From the IMG/VR virus record IMGVR_UViG_3300045809_000028: a stretch of DNA of 43,405 nt; one strand, written 5' to 3'. The notes below the pieces were generated by a model. The model saw nothing but the letters and a program-made list of their open reading frames with translations. It did no database searches and had not been told where the DNA came from. Both the position numbers and the translations under genes were made by a program. Position 1 is the stretch's first letter, and every line of letters begins with the position of its first letter. Shown piece after piece: positions 1 through 7,682 of the stretch. The stretch comes from a virus.

Positions 1-127
1 AATGAAACGTTTAGACACTACTAAAATGCAAGAACTTGCAAATCGTGCGCTGAAAGATTGCGACACAATGGAAGAAGTCGTTGCTTTAGTTGAAGAATAC
101 GTTGCTGAATAAGGCTTTTTAAGCTTT
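1..127 (+). repeat. 127-nt exact direct terminal repeat, copy 1 (identical to 43279-43405)
   Basis: Base-for-base identity read directly. The identity runs exactly to both window edges. Confidence 0.95.
2..112 (+). CDS. 36-codon ORF ([36 protein letters not shown]) with no Shine-Dalgarno; possibly the phage-borne 3' end of the host integration target gene
   Basis: Open frame followed by a strong terminator. No GGAGG-like sequence upstream of the copy at 43280. Lies between att-like repeats next to int. Confidence 0.25.
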   Translation: MKRLDTTKMQELANRALKDCDTMEEVVALVEEYVAE

Positions 128-145
128 TATTCTCAAAAATTGAAA

Positions 146-189
146 GGCTCTACCTCTCTAATTTTCAGCGGGAGGTAGAGCCTTTTTTT
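146..189 (+). terminator. Rho-independent terminator
   Basis: Perfect 11-bp stem GGCTCTACCTC (146-156) / GAGGTAGAGCC (172-182), followed by T7 (183-189). Confidence 0.75.
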
Positions 190-205
190 GTTCTGAAAAA
201 ACAAC

Positions 206-233
206 TAAATGCCAAATTAAATGCCATTTGATT
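206..233 (+). repeat. att-region repeats: TAAATGCCA at 206-214 and 218-226; 16-mer TAAATGCCATTTGATT (218-233) recurs at 43167-43182
   Basis: Exact matches read in sequence. The 16-mer ends 7 nt from the int stop codon. Confidence 0.6.
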
Positions 234-239
234 CTTTTT

Positions 240-1418
240 TTAGAAACTAGCGAAATTTGCTAGCTTATCCGCTGTAGCAATTTTTTGTTTTTGACTAACA
301 TGCGTGTAGATATTATTGGTGATTTCGATAGAAGCATGCCCAAGGATTTCTTGAGCTTCTTTCATATCTATGCCAGCTTGGTACAACATAGAAGCATGCG
401 TATGTCTCCAACCGTGTGTTCCAATGTTAGGAAGACCAACTGCTTCTGAGAGCCTTTTAGAGCGCATATACAATGATTGGCGTGTGGCATGTTCGCCTTC
501 AAAGCTAGCGAAGACAATGTTCTTATTTATAATATTCGATTGGAAAAAGAATTCTTTCTGATGCAATCGCCATTTTTTTAATATTTGACATGTTTTATTA
601 TCTAAACGAATTGTGCGATAGGAGCTTTTCGTCTTTGGTGGACCAATTTCAAAGCCATCTTTTGTTCGGGTGACAGTCTTGGAAATGCTAAGTGTTTGTT
701 GGTTGAAATCTATATCTGTTTCCCAATCAAGTGCAAGAGCTTCGCCACCACGAATTCCTGTGAATGCTAGCACTCTATACATAACTAAATCCCATTCAGC
801 AAAATACTTGTACAAAGGATTATTATTTTTTACTTCTGCAACTTTATTATTCAAGTGAGTAAAAACTTTTTCAACTTCATCCATCGTATAAAATTTGATT
901 TTCTTTACTTCTGGATCATCAGTTATTTCTTTTGGGCGAGTGACACGGATAAAAGGATTTTTTTCAATTATTTCTAGTGTTACTCCTAGTTCCATAATTT
1001 TCACAAGATATTGAACAATTACCTTGTATTGTTTCAGCTTTTTCGATAATGAATTTACTAAATCTTGTGCAACGATTGGTGATATTTGAGATACTCTCAT
1101 ACGTCCGATTACAGGAAGTACATGGTTTTTTATATTCATTTCTGTAACTAAACTAGTAGCTTCTCTAACGGTTGATTTGTACGATTCAAACCAAAGTTCA
1201 TATAAATTTTGAAATGTTTCATTTGATTTTTTCTGTAATCCTTTTTTATCAAATTCTACTTTTAATCTTGAAAGTTCTAACTGAGCTGCTTTTTTTGTTT
1301 TAAAATTACTACGGGTAGTTTTGATGGGTTTTCCTGTTGCTGGATTTGTCCCTAGATATGCTTGGAATTTCCAGCGTTTTGATCCATCTTTTTTAGTATA
1401 TTGTTTAAATGTAGCCAT
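240..1418 (-). CDS. int: Tyrosine (lambda-type) site-specific integrase
   Basis: 392 aa. Catalytic signature: FTGIRGGEALAL (Arg), HGWRHTHAS (H-x-x-R-H), LGHASIEITNNIYTH (His, Tyr). AGGAGG lies 7 nt upstream of the ATG. Terminal position next to the att-like repeats. Confidence 0.95.
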   Translation of the reverse strand: MATFKQYTKKDGSKRWKFQAYLGTNPATGKPIKTTRSNFKTKKAAQLELSRLKVEFDKKGLQKKSNETFQNLYELWFESYKSTVREATSLVTEMNIKNHVLPVIGRMRVSQISPIVAQDLVNSLSKKLKQYKVIVQYLVKIMELGVTLEIIEKNPFIRVTRPKEITDDPEVKKIKFYTMDEVEKVFTHLNNKVAEVKNNNPLYKYFAEWDLVMYRVLAFTGIRGGEALALDWETDIDFNQQTLSISKTVTRTKDGFEIGPPKTKSSYRTIRLDNKTCQILKKWRLHQKEFFFQSNIINKNIVFASFEGEHATRQSLYMRSKRLSEAVGLPNIGTHGWRHTHASMLYQAGIDMKEAQEILGHASIEITNNIYTHVSQKQKIATADKLANFASF

Positions 1419-1437
1419 TTCTTTTCCTCCTAGTATT

Positions 1438-1450
1438 ACGTGTGGGGCGT
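1438..1450 (+). repeat. 13-mer ACGTGTGGGGCGT, copy 1 of 3 (others at 4276-4288 direct and 43111-43123 inverted)
   Basis: Exact GC-rich 13-mer in AT-rich non-coding DNA, 20 nt upstream of the int start codon and just upstream of its RBS. Confidence 0.7.
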
Positions 1451-1548
1451 ATTATTAAGAGGTTAAAAAATTTTGCATCACTCCTTTCAATTTGGTAAAA
1501 TAGAGTACACAAATAGCATCACATAATTGTGATTATTATTTATGGTTA

Positions 1549-1587
1549 ACACGCTCTCGCCGGCCAAAGTGAGGGGCGTGTTTTTTT
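1549..1587. terminator. Imperfect GC-rich hairpin with a T7 run on the + strand, between two minus-strand genes
   Basis: ACACGCTCTC ... GAGGGGCGTGT followed by TTTTTTT. The T-run sits on the + strand only, so it is canonical for + strand read-in and non-canonical for the minus-strand gene ending at 1586. Confidence 0.4.
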
Positions 1588-2575
1588 AATTTCTATTAAT
1601 TTCTATAATTGTTCTAGTTCTATTTTCTGATGCTTCTAAACCGAAATCAGGATTATTTTTAATAGTATTTAAAATCATTTCTTTCAAACCTAGTCTATCT
1701 ATAAGGATAACCTTACTTTTTATAGCTAAATCTCTAGCACTAGGAGTGAAATAATTTGTTGTTATTACAATCGCTTCATCAAGATTGTAGTATACTTTTC
1801 CTGCAATAATCTCTTGTACAGCTTTATTTCCTACTGGATTAGAATATCTTTTAGCTTGAATTGCATAAGTCATATTATTTTTTTTGGATTTTAAATCAAC
1901 ACCTTGATCTCCAGTAGATACAGTTACTATAGTTTTTTCAAAACCATTATTTTCGAAAATTTCCACTAAATAATTTTCGAATTCAAAACCATCCATAGAA
2001 TCAATCTTCTTCATCTCTTGTTTTAAAATTATTTTGTTACTTCTATTAATCTGTTTTTCATAAATAGAATTCAATGACTTATTATCAGATATAATTGCTT
2101 CTGATTTTTCGATTTCTTGTTTTAGAAGTGCCAACTGCTTAATGAGATCTTGATGTTCTTGATGCTTTTCATTATAATTTTCTAGTTTCAATGATAAATT
2201 GTTAGTTTCATTATTCTTTGAATCAAGTTCTTTCTCAATATTTTTTATTGAGTCTACTATTTTCTTATACGCATCTTTTTGAGTCTGAATTGAATATTCT
2301 AAAGACTCTAACTGTGTATGTAGGTCTTTGTTTTTTAATTCTAAATCTTCATTTTTATCAAATAATTCATTATAACGTGTAATCTCTTCATTTAACTCAT
2401 CAGTAGTTAAATTAGAAAAACCTCTAAAATAATAGTGAATAATTATTGTTGCAAATAAATTACATAAAATAAAGAGTGCACCAATTAATAAATCTGTACT
2501 AACTAAAGTTATAAGCAAGATGGTATTGAAAATATACAAAAACACAAAAGAAAATTTTACTATTATATTATTCAT
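1586..2575 (-). CDS. Membrane-anchored coiled-coil protein with a C-terminal Mrr_cat-like (PD-(D/E)xK) restriction-endonuclease domain; candidate defence/exclusion moron
   Basis: 329 aa. Two N-terminal hydrophobic helices (FVFLYIFNTILLITLVS..LIGALFILCNLFATIIIHYYF). A heptad-rich segment of about 130 aa follows. The C-terminus reads FEFENYLVEIFENNGF..TGDQGVDL..YAIQAKRY..VITTNYFTPSA..LIDRLGL, as in Mrr N-terminal catalytic domains. Visibly more AT-rich than neighbouring genes. Confidence 0.7.
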   Translation of the reverse strand: MNNIIVKFSFVFLYIFNTILLITLVSTDLLIGALFILCNLFATIIIHYYFRGFSNLTTDELNEEITRYNELFDKNEDLELKNKDLHTQLESLEYSIQTQKDAYKKIVDSIKNIEKELDSKNNETNNLSLKLENYNEKHQEHQDLIKQLALLKQEIEKSEAIISDNKSLNSIYEKQINRSNKIILKQEMKKIDSMDGFEFENYLVEIFENNGFEKTIVTVSTGDQGVDLKSKKNNMTYAIQAKRYSNPVGNKAVQEIIAGKVYYNLDEAIVITTNYFTPSARDLAIKSKVILIDRLGLKEMILNTIKNNPDFGLEASENRTRTIIEINRN

Positions 2576-2664
2576 TTGTTCAACTCATTTCTGATATAAT
2601 GTGTATGTGCATACTCAGTAATGAGGAACCCTAGTTGTAGCTTGAACTGCAGCTGGGGTATTTT

Positions 2665-3132
2665 TTATTTAAACCAATCAAATATTTCAATTGTTCCATT
2701 TAATCTAAAACAGATAGTATAATGACTATATTTTATTTTTCCATCACTTTTATTGGCATATACTGAAACGGCGCGTTTCAAAGTTGATAGAGGGATATCT
2801 AAAAAATCAGCACATTCTTGATAGGTTACAAGTTGCTGATGATAACAATCAACGATATCTTGTAGGGTTACCAATAAAGTAGCACCCAGATTTCGAGCCT
2901 TGTTCTCTTGTTTCTTTTCTTCAAGGGTTTCCTGTCTTGAAATATCTCCTGTACCAGTAAGATAATGTGATATTTCTTCTGCTACAGTATTATTTAAAGT
3001 AGTGCTATCTTGCTCGGGATGTAAATAAATAGTTTCATTATTAATCCATCCTTTTTGCTTATTGGGCATTAAGGGGTCAAAAACATATTTCAAATCTGAA
3101 TACTCTGCCATGAGTTTTTCGTGCAACTGCAT
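2665..3132 (-). CDS. ImmA/IrrE-like (COG2856) protein with a degenerate metal motif; putative anti-repressor protease partner of the XRE repressor
   Basis: Sits immediately downstream of the XRE repressor in the same operon. Size and the IYLHPEQ..VAEEISHYLTG segment resemble the ImmA HExxH region, but the first His is Glu. ATG at 3132 follows AGGTGA; the ORF could extend to a TTG at 3177. Confidence 0.5.
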   Translation of the reverse strand: MQLHEKLMAEYSDLKYVFDPLMPNKQKGWINNETIYLHPEQDSTTLNNTVAEEISHYLTGTGDISRQETLEEKKQENKARNLGATLLVTLQDIVDCYHQQLVTYQECADFLDIPLSTLKRAVSVYANKSDGKIKYSHYTICFRLNGTIEIFDWFK

Positions 3133-3148
3133 TAAATCACCTACAACT

Positions 3149-3469
3149 TTACAATGGATTATTTTTTCTGAATTCAATGTACTTCAATATATCATTCATA
3201 TCTTCTTCTGAAACGTCATCATCTACATGAGTAGCAATTAACTCGCCTTTAGGACCTAATTGTCTTTTAGGTAAAGTGTCTCTTCCTAATAGATAATCTA
3301 CTGATACATCGAAGTAGTCTGCGAGGATTTCTAAACGTTCTTTAGTAGGATTGTCTGAACTTTTCATTCTATAGAGTACATTTTTAGATAAACCAAGTTC
3401 TTCTTCAACTCTATTTAAGGATTTACCTTGTTTATCAGCTAATTTTTTTATCCTTTCAAATACTGTCAT
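3149..3469 (-). CDS. XRE-family HTH repressor (CI-like)
   Basis: MTVFERIKKLADKQGKSLNRVEEELGLSKNVLYRMKS...ILADYFDVSVDYLLGR is a classic HTH_3 domain. AAGGAG lies 8-9 nt upstream of the ATG at 3469. Divergent from a Cro-like gene. Confidence 0.9.
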   Translation of the reverse strand: MTVFERIKKLADKQGKSLNRVEEELGLSKNVLYRMKSSDNPTKERLEILADYFDVSVDYLLGRDTLPKRQLGPKGELIATHVDDDVSEEDMNDILKYIEFRKNNPL

Positions 3470-3501
3470 ATCAACAATCTCCTTAAGTATCACAAGAAAA
3501 A

Positions 3502-3692
3502 TTAACTTTTGTGTTAAAAATAGTTGATAATTGTTAACTTAAATGTTAATATAGTTCTTGTAAACAAGTTTAATAACTAAAAAGACAATAAAAACGTTAC
3601 TGATTAATAAAATGCCAACGACCAAGAAAGCTTTTAAATCAATGTTTTTTACGTCTTATTTAACTATGAATTTATATTAACATTTATGTTAA
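3502..3692. promoter_or_regulatory. Genetic switch region with three 16-bp palindromic operators TTAAC-N6-GTTAA (3502-3517, 3534-3549, 3677-3692)
   Basis: The three sites were read directly. They lie in the 290-bp divergent gap between the repressor and the cro-like gene. O1 and O2 are 32 bp apart centre to centre. TTGTAAACAA (3558-3567) and its reverse complement TTGTTTACAA (3729-3738) also bracket the region. Confidence 0.6.
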
Positions 3693-3759
3693 AAAGTGTC
3701 AACATAGTTTAAAAAATAGTTGTTAAATTTGTTTACAAAAAAGGAAAGGGGGGATCGGA

Positions 3760-3963
3760 GTGACAGATATTGCAGAAATCACTCTACAAGATAGAGAGAA
3801 AATTAAACAGTATGTTAAGTGTTCGGAAAATTTAACGTACACAATGCTTGCTAAAAGATTCAACATTAGCAAAAGCAACTTATCTTTGATTATTAACGGT
3901 AAAAATACATCGGCGGAAGCGAATAGAATTATCGACTCGATTATTACTATGTACGAATTGTAA
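3760..3963 (+). CDS. Cro-like / small HTH early regulator
   Basis: 67 aa, GTG start after a GGGGGGA-rich RBS. HTH-like segment YTMLAKRFNISKSNLSLIINGKN. First rightward gene opposite the repressor. Confidence 0.6.
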   Translation: MTDIAEITLQDREKIKQYVKCSENLTYTMLAKRFNISKSNLSLIINGKNTSAEANRIIDSIITMYEL

Positions 3964-3980
3964 AAGGAGGAGCTGGTGGA

Positions 3981-4274
3981 ATGAAATTACAAGTTGATGC
4001 AATTGATATTCTTCCTAAGCTGAGAGACGAATTTGAAAAGCTAGCTCGTGAAATCGTTGAGAGTCTTTTCAATAATTTAATGGCTAATTACATGAAACAA
4101 AAAGAATTGCCTAGATACATGAATAAAAAGCAAGCTTGTCAGTATATGAATACGTCTTTTCCTACTTTGAAAAATAAGTATATAGCTAATGGTTTACGTG
4201 TAATCACTATCGATGACGAGGAAAAGATTGATCAAAAAGACGCAGATGCATTCATGGAAAAACATAAATCATAA
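3981..4274 (+). CDS. Excisionase-family-like HTH protein (putative Xis or early regulator)
   Basis: 97 aa. The C-terminal half, MNKKQACQYMNTSFPTLKNKYIANGLRV, resembles excisionase/MerR-type winged HTH. Called partly by position in the early operon. Confidence 0.4.
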   Translation: MKLQVDAIDILPKLRDEFEKLAREIVESLFNNLMANYMKQKELPRYMNKKQACQYMNTSFPTLKNKYIANGLRVITIDDEEKIDQKDADAFMEKHKS

Positions 4275-4288
4275 AACGTGTGGGGCGT
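4271..4288 (+). repeat. 18-mer ATAAAACGTGTGGGGCGT (contains the 13-mer, copy 2); exact inverted copy at 43111-43128
   Basis: Exact match read in sequence. Intergenic, directly after the stop codon of the Xis-like gene. Confidence 0.7.
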
Positions 4289-4309
4289 AAAAAGATAGAG
4301 GTGGAAAAG

Positions 4310-4489
4310 TTGAAAAAGCATTTTAATCTGTGGGTCGTGTTGTCGTTGCCAATTTTGGTTTTGATTACAAATCAAATACATGTTGCTTTCTCATTGGCTT
4401 TACTTGGCGGTGCTTACGTTGGGCTAGGTATCAGTTACGATCAAATTTCTTTTCAGTACGACGAAAAAAAATATTTAAATAAACGCTAG
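4310..4489 (+). CDS. Small membrane protein (hypothetical)
   Basis: TTG start 5 nt after GAGGTGG. One long hydrophobic stretch, WVVLSLPILVLITNQIHVAFSLALLGGAYVGLGI. The ORF track extends to a GTG at 4280 that has no RBS. Confidence 0.45.
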   Translation: MKKHFNLWVVLSLPILVLITNQIHVAFSLALLGGAYVGLGISYDQISFQYDEKKYLNKR

Positions 4490-4543
4490 GGTTAAACCTC
4501 CAAGGGAAACGAGTACGGCGTTTATTGAATAGAAGGAGAAAAA

Positions 4544-4777
4544 ATGAATATAAGACGAAAGAAAAAAATGAAATCTATCGCAGAAAAAATTGCTGAATTA
4601 AGCGAAGAGCTTGAGATGCTGCAAGACGAAGAACAAGAGTATATGGACAATATGCCAGAGAATTTGCAAGGGTCCGAGCGATATGAAGTAGCTGACCAAG
4701 CTATTGATACTATGGAAGTTGCCATCGATAGATTGAACGACGTTTGCACCGAATTGGAAGAAATCTACGAAAATTGA
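4544..4777 (+). CDS. Hypothetical early protein (acidic, helical)
   Basis: 77 aa, GAAGGAG RBS, in the co-oriented early operon. Confidence 0.6.
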   Translation: MNIRRKKKMKSIAEKIAELSEELEMLQDEEQEYMDNMPENLQGSERYEVADQAIDTMEVAIDRLNDVCTELEEIYEN

Positions 4778-4794
4778 AAGGAGGTGAGTAGATA

Positions 4795-5070
4795 ATGCCA
4801 GAATACAAAGACGAAAAGGGTTATACCATCGATGAACAAGGTAACAAATCTGCCCAGATGACATTGACACCAACTATTTACGTTGGAGATGTAACTTTTG
4901 ATAATGGTGAAAAAGCACAGATTTTAACCACTTGGGGACAGTCACCAATAGTTAGATTTGATGATGGTTCAGAGGTGATTTGGAATTGGAAAGAAATTAT
5001 TAATGAAGCGGTAAAAATTAAGGATGCAAGAAAAAAGCCTACCTCGGCGGCAACCGAGATAAGCAAATAA
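4795..5070 (+). CDS. Hypothetical early protein
   Basis: 91 aa, AAGGAGGTGAG RBS upstream. Confidence 0.6.
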   Translation: MPEYKDEKGYTIDEQGNKSAQMTLTPTIYVGDVTFDNGEKAQILTTWGQSPIVRFDDGSEVIWNWKEIINEAVKIKDARKKPTSAATEISK

Positions 5071-5075
5071 AAAAT

Positions 5076-5318
5076 ATGAACATATCTAAGGAGAGTTTAT
5101 CACAAATGAATAAAATAGACCATTTAATAAATGTATTGGTTTTGGAATGCAAGAAACAAAATATTCCAGTATTAGTTTCAGTTTCTATTGATGATGAAAT
5201 AACCGTACAAGGTTTTGGTTCCCACTCAAGTATGACTGAATCAGTCAACGCAATTCAAAAAGCAGTAGTCGATGAATTCGAGAAAGGAGATAACGAAGAT
5301 GCCGATGAAGATCAATAG
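5076..5318 (+). CDS. Hypothetical early protein
   Basis: 80 aa in operon context. The start is uncertain; an internal ATG at codon 11 follows AAGGAG. Confidence 0.5.
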   Translation: MNISKESLSQMNKIDHLINVLVLECKKQNIPVLVSVSIDDEITVQGFGSHSSMTESVNAIQKAVVDEFEKGDNEDADEDQ

Positions 5319-6618
5319 TTTAGAAGTCGAGAACATTAAACGTGTCAAAGCAGTAGTCATTCAGCCTACAGAGAACGGCTTAACTATTCTAGGTGGGAAT
5401 AATAACCAAGGGAAGACTAGTGTATTAGATGCAATTGCTTGGGGGCTAGGTGGAAATAAATACAAACCTTCCAATCCTCAACGTGAAGGTTCTGTCACAC
5501 CACCTAATCTAAAAATTACCATGAATAACGGTCTGATTGTTGAACGTAAAGGCAAGAATTCAGATTTGAAGGTCATTGACCCTCAAGGTAACAAAGGCGG
5601 TCAACAGCTTCTAAATAGCTTTGTAGAAGAGCTAGCCATTGACCTACCAAAGTTTATGGAATCTTCTTCTAAAGACAAAGCGAATATTTTACTACAGATC
5701 ATCGGTATTGGTGATCTGTTGGAAAAATTGGAAATGGAAGAGAAATCCATCTACAACGAACGTTATCAAGTCGGACGGATTGCCGATCAAAAGAAAAAGT
5801 TTGCTGAGGAACAACCGCACTATGCTGATGCGCCTAAGGAATTAATTTCTACTATGGATTTAATTCAACAGCAACAACAAATTCTAGCTATCAATGGTGA
5901 AAATCAACGGAAACGTGAAAATGTTCAACGTCTACAAAATAAGTTTGATTATGAGGCACAACAAATTGAGCAACTACGCCAACAGTTAGCCAAAATGGAA
6001 GAAACGCATCAATTGACTGCCAATGATTTAGCGATTGCTCAAACGTCTGCAAAAGATTTACAAGATCAATCAACAGCAGAATTGGAACAGAGTCTTCAAA
6101 ACGTGGAACAAATCAATGTGAAGGTTCGTGCGAATTTTGATAAGGAAAAAGCGGAGTTGGACGCAGAAGAATACGCAAAACAATACCGAGCATTAGATGA
6201 AGGAATTAAAGCAGTTCGAGAAGAGCGCATGAAGCTATTGAACAACGCTCAGTTGCCTTTACCTGGACTATCTGTGTTAGAGGGAGAATTAATCTACAAC
6301 GGCCAACAGTGGGACAACATGAGCGGTTCTGATCAGCTAAAAGTATCTACTGCCATTGTTCGTAAGTTGAAACCAGAATGCGGTTTTGTCTTGCTGGATA
6401 AATTGGAACAAATGGATATGATTACGCTGAACGAATTTAGTCAGTGGTTACAGCAAGAAGGACTGCAAGCAATTGCAACACGTGTTTCAACGGGCGATGA
6501 ATGTAGCATTATTATTGAAGATGGCTATGTAACTGAAAATAAATTACTTGAGGGCGGAACACCACCTCAACAAGCAACATCTAATACAACACCAACGTGG
6601 ACGAAAGGAGCATTTTAA
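5299..6618 (+). CDS. SMC/RecF/RecN-like AAA ATPase (phage recombination/replication)
   Basis: N-terminus INSLEVENIKRVKAVVI..LTILGGNNNQGKTSVLDAIAWGLGG (Walker A of the SMC_N/AAA_23 type). Long Q/E-rich coiled coil in the middle. C-terminal FVLLDKLEQMD (Walker B-like). ATG at 5299 follows AAAGGAG. Confidence 0.75.
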   Translation: MPMKINSLEVENIKRVKAVVIQPTENGLTILGGNNNQGKTSVLDAIAWGLGGNKYKPSNPQREGSVTPPNLKITMNNGLIVERKGKNSDLKVIDPQGNKGGQQLLNSFVEELAIDLPKFMESSSKDKANILLQIIGIGDLLEKLEMEEKSIYNERYQVGRIADQKKKFAEEQPHYADAPKELISTMDLIQQQQQILAINGENQRKRENVQRLQNKFDYEAQQIEQLRQQLAKMEETHQLTANDLAIAQTSAKDLQDQSTAELEQSLQNVEQINVKVRANFDKEKAELDAEEYAKQYRALDEGIKAVREERMKLLNNAQLPLPGLSVLEGELIYNGQQWDNMSGSDQLKVSTAIVRKLKPECGFVLLDKLEQMDMITLNEFSQWLQQEGLQAIATRVSTGDECSIIIEDGYVTENKLLEGGTPPQQATSNTTPTWTKGAF

Positions 6619-6620
6619 AT

Positions 6621-7670
6621 ATGAATATTACGCGAGGAGTTATTGCTAAAGCACAAAAGCTAGTAATTTACGGACCAGAAGGGATTGGTAAATCAACATT
6701 AGCTGCACAATTTCCTAATCCATTATTTATTGACACGGAAGGCAGTACCAATAATATGGACGTCGCTCGTTTAGATAAACCATCAAGCTGGACTATGTTG
6801 CTGCAACAAATCGATTTTGTAAAACAAACGATGCCTTGCAACACTTTGATAATCGATACAGCAGATTGGGCAGAACGATTATGCATTGATTACGTTGTTT
6901 CAAATGCGAATAAAACCAGTATCACACAGTTTGGATATGGTGAGGGATTTATTCAATTAGAAGAAGTATTCGGTAAATTTCTAAATAAATTAACAGATTT
7001 AGCAGAAATTGGCATCAATATTGTTCTTACTGCCCATGCAAAAATTGTGAAATTTGAACAACCGGATGAAATGGGTGCCTATGATCGTTGGGAATTAAAG
7101 TTAGGAAATAAAACCACTGCTAAAACTGCTTCAATTACGAAGGAGTGGGCGGATGCAGTATTGTTCTGCAATTACAAAACGTTGTCGGTAGCTGCAGATG
7201 ATAAAGGTAAAAAATTTAAGGGACAAGGAGGTAAACGTGTCATGTACACAACGCACCATCCAGCATGGGACGCAAAAAATCGTTTTGGCTTACCTGATGA
7301 AATGGATATGAATTTTTCTGGAATAGCACATATTTTCGCTAGTCAACAACAAGCAGTACCGCAACCTACGACAATGCCAGAACCAATCGTAGAACAGCCA
7401 AAATTAGAGTCTTCAACAACGGAATCAACACCGAACTTCGAACGGGAATCTGTCGATTATACAGGCATTCCACAAAACTTAGTGGATTTAATGCAAGCAA
7501 ACAATGTGTTGCCAGGGGAAATTATGGCAGCGACTGAATCAAAAGGCTACTACCCTGTAGGAACACCGATTCAGAACTATGATCGAGGATACATTGACGG
7601 CGTATTAGTCGCTGCATGGGAGCAAGTCTTCGCAATGATTAAAGAAATTAGAAACCAACAAACATTTTAG
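6621..7670 (+). CDS. AAA_24 / Sak4-like RecA-fold ATPase
   Basis: KLVIYGPEGIGKSTLAAQFPNPLFIDTEGS (Walker A) and LIIDTADW (Walker B). Typical partner of a DUF669 gene in Firmicute phage replication modules. Confidence 0.75.
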   Translation: MNITRGVIAKAQKLVIYGPEGIGKSTLAAQFPNPLFIDTEGSTNNMDVARLDKPSSWTMLLQQIDFVKQTMPCNTLIIDTADWAERLCIDYVVSNANKTSITQFGYGEGFIQLEEVFGKFLNKLTDLAEIGINIVLTAHAKIVKFEQPDEMGAYDRWELKLGNKTTAKTASITKEWADAVLFCNYKTLSVAADDKGKKFKGQGGKRVMYTTHHPAWDAKNRFGLPDEMDMNFSGIAHIFASQQQAVPQPTTMPEPIVEQPKLESSTTESTPNFERESVDYTGIPQNLVDLMQANNVLPGEIMAATESKGYYPVGTPIQNYDRGYIDGVLVAAWEQVFAMIKEIRNQQTF

Positions 7671-7682
7671 GAGGAAAAATAA

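Noticed and set aside
218-233. Treating the 16-mer TAAATGCCATTTGATT (218-233 and 43167-43182) as simple attL/attR cores of an integrated prophage with host flanks
   Set aside because: The supposed flanks outside the two copies are themselves identical (the 127-nt terminal repeat) and stop exactly at the window edges. The simpler reading is one contiguous attP region across a circular junction. This cannot be settled without reads or host genomes.
370-858. Plus-strand ORFs inside the integrase gene (370-561, 670-858)
   Set aside because: They lie antisense to an integrase with intact catalytic motifs and show no translation signals.
4522-5248. Minus-strand ORFs in the early operon (4522-4749, 4598-4873, 4878-5066, 5039-5248)
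   Set aside because: Each is fully overlapped by an SD-preceded + strand gene. Their Ser/Ile/Phe-rich low-complexity translations point to artefacts.
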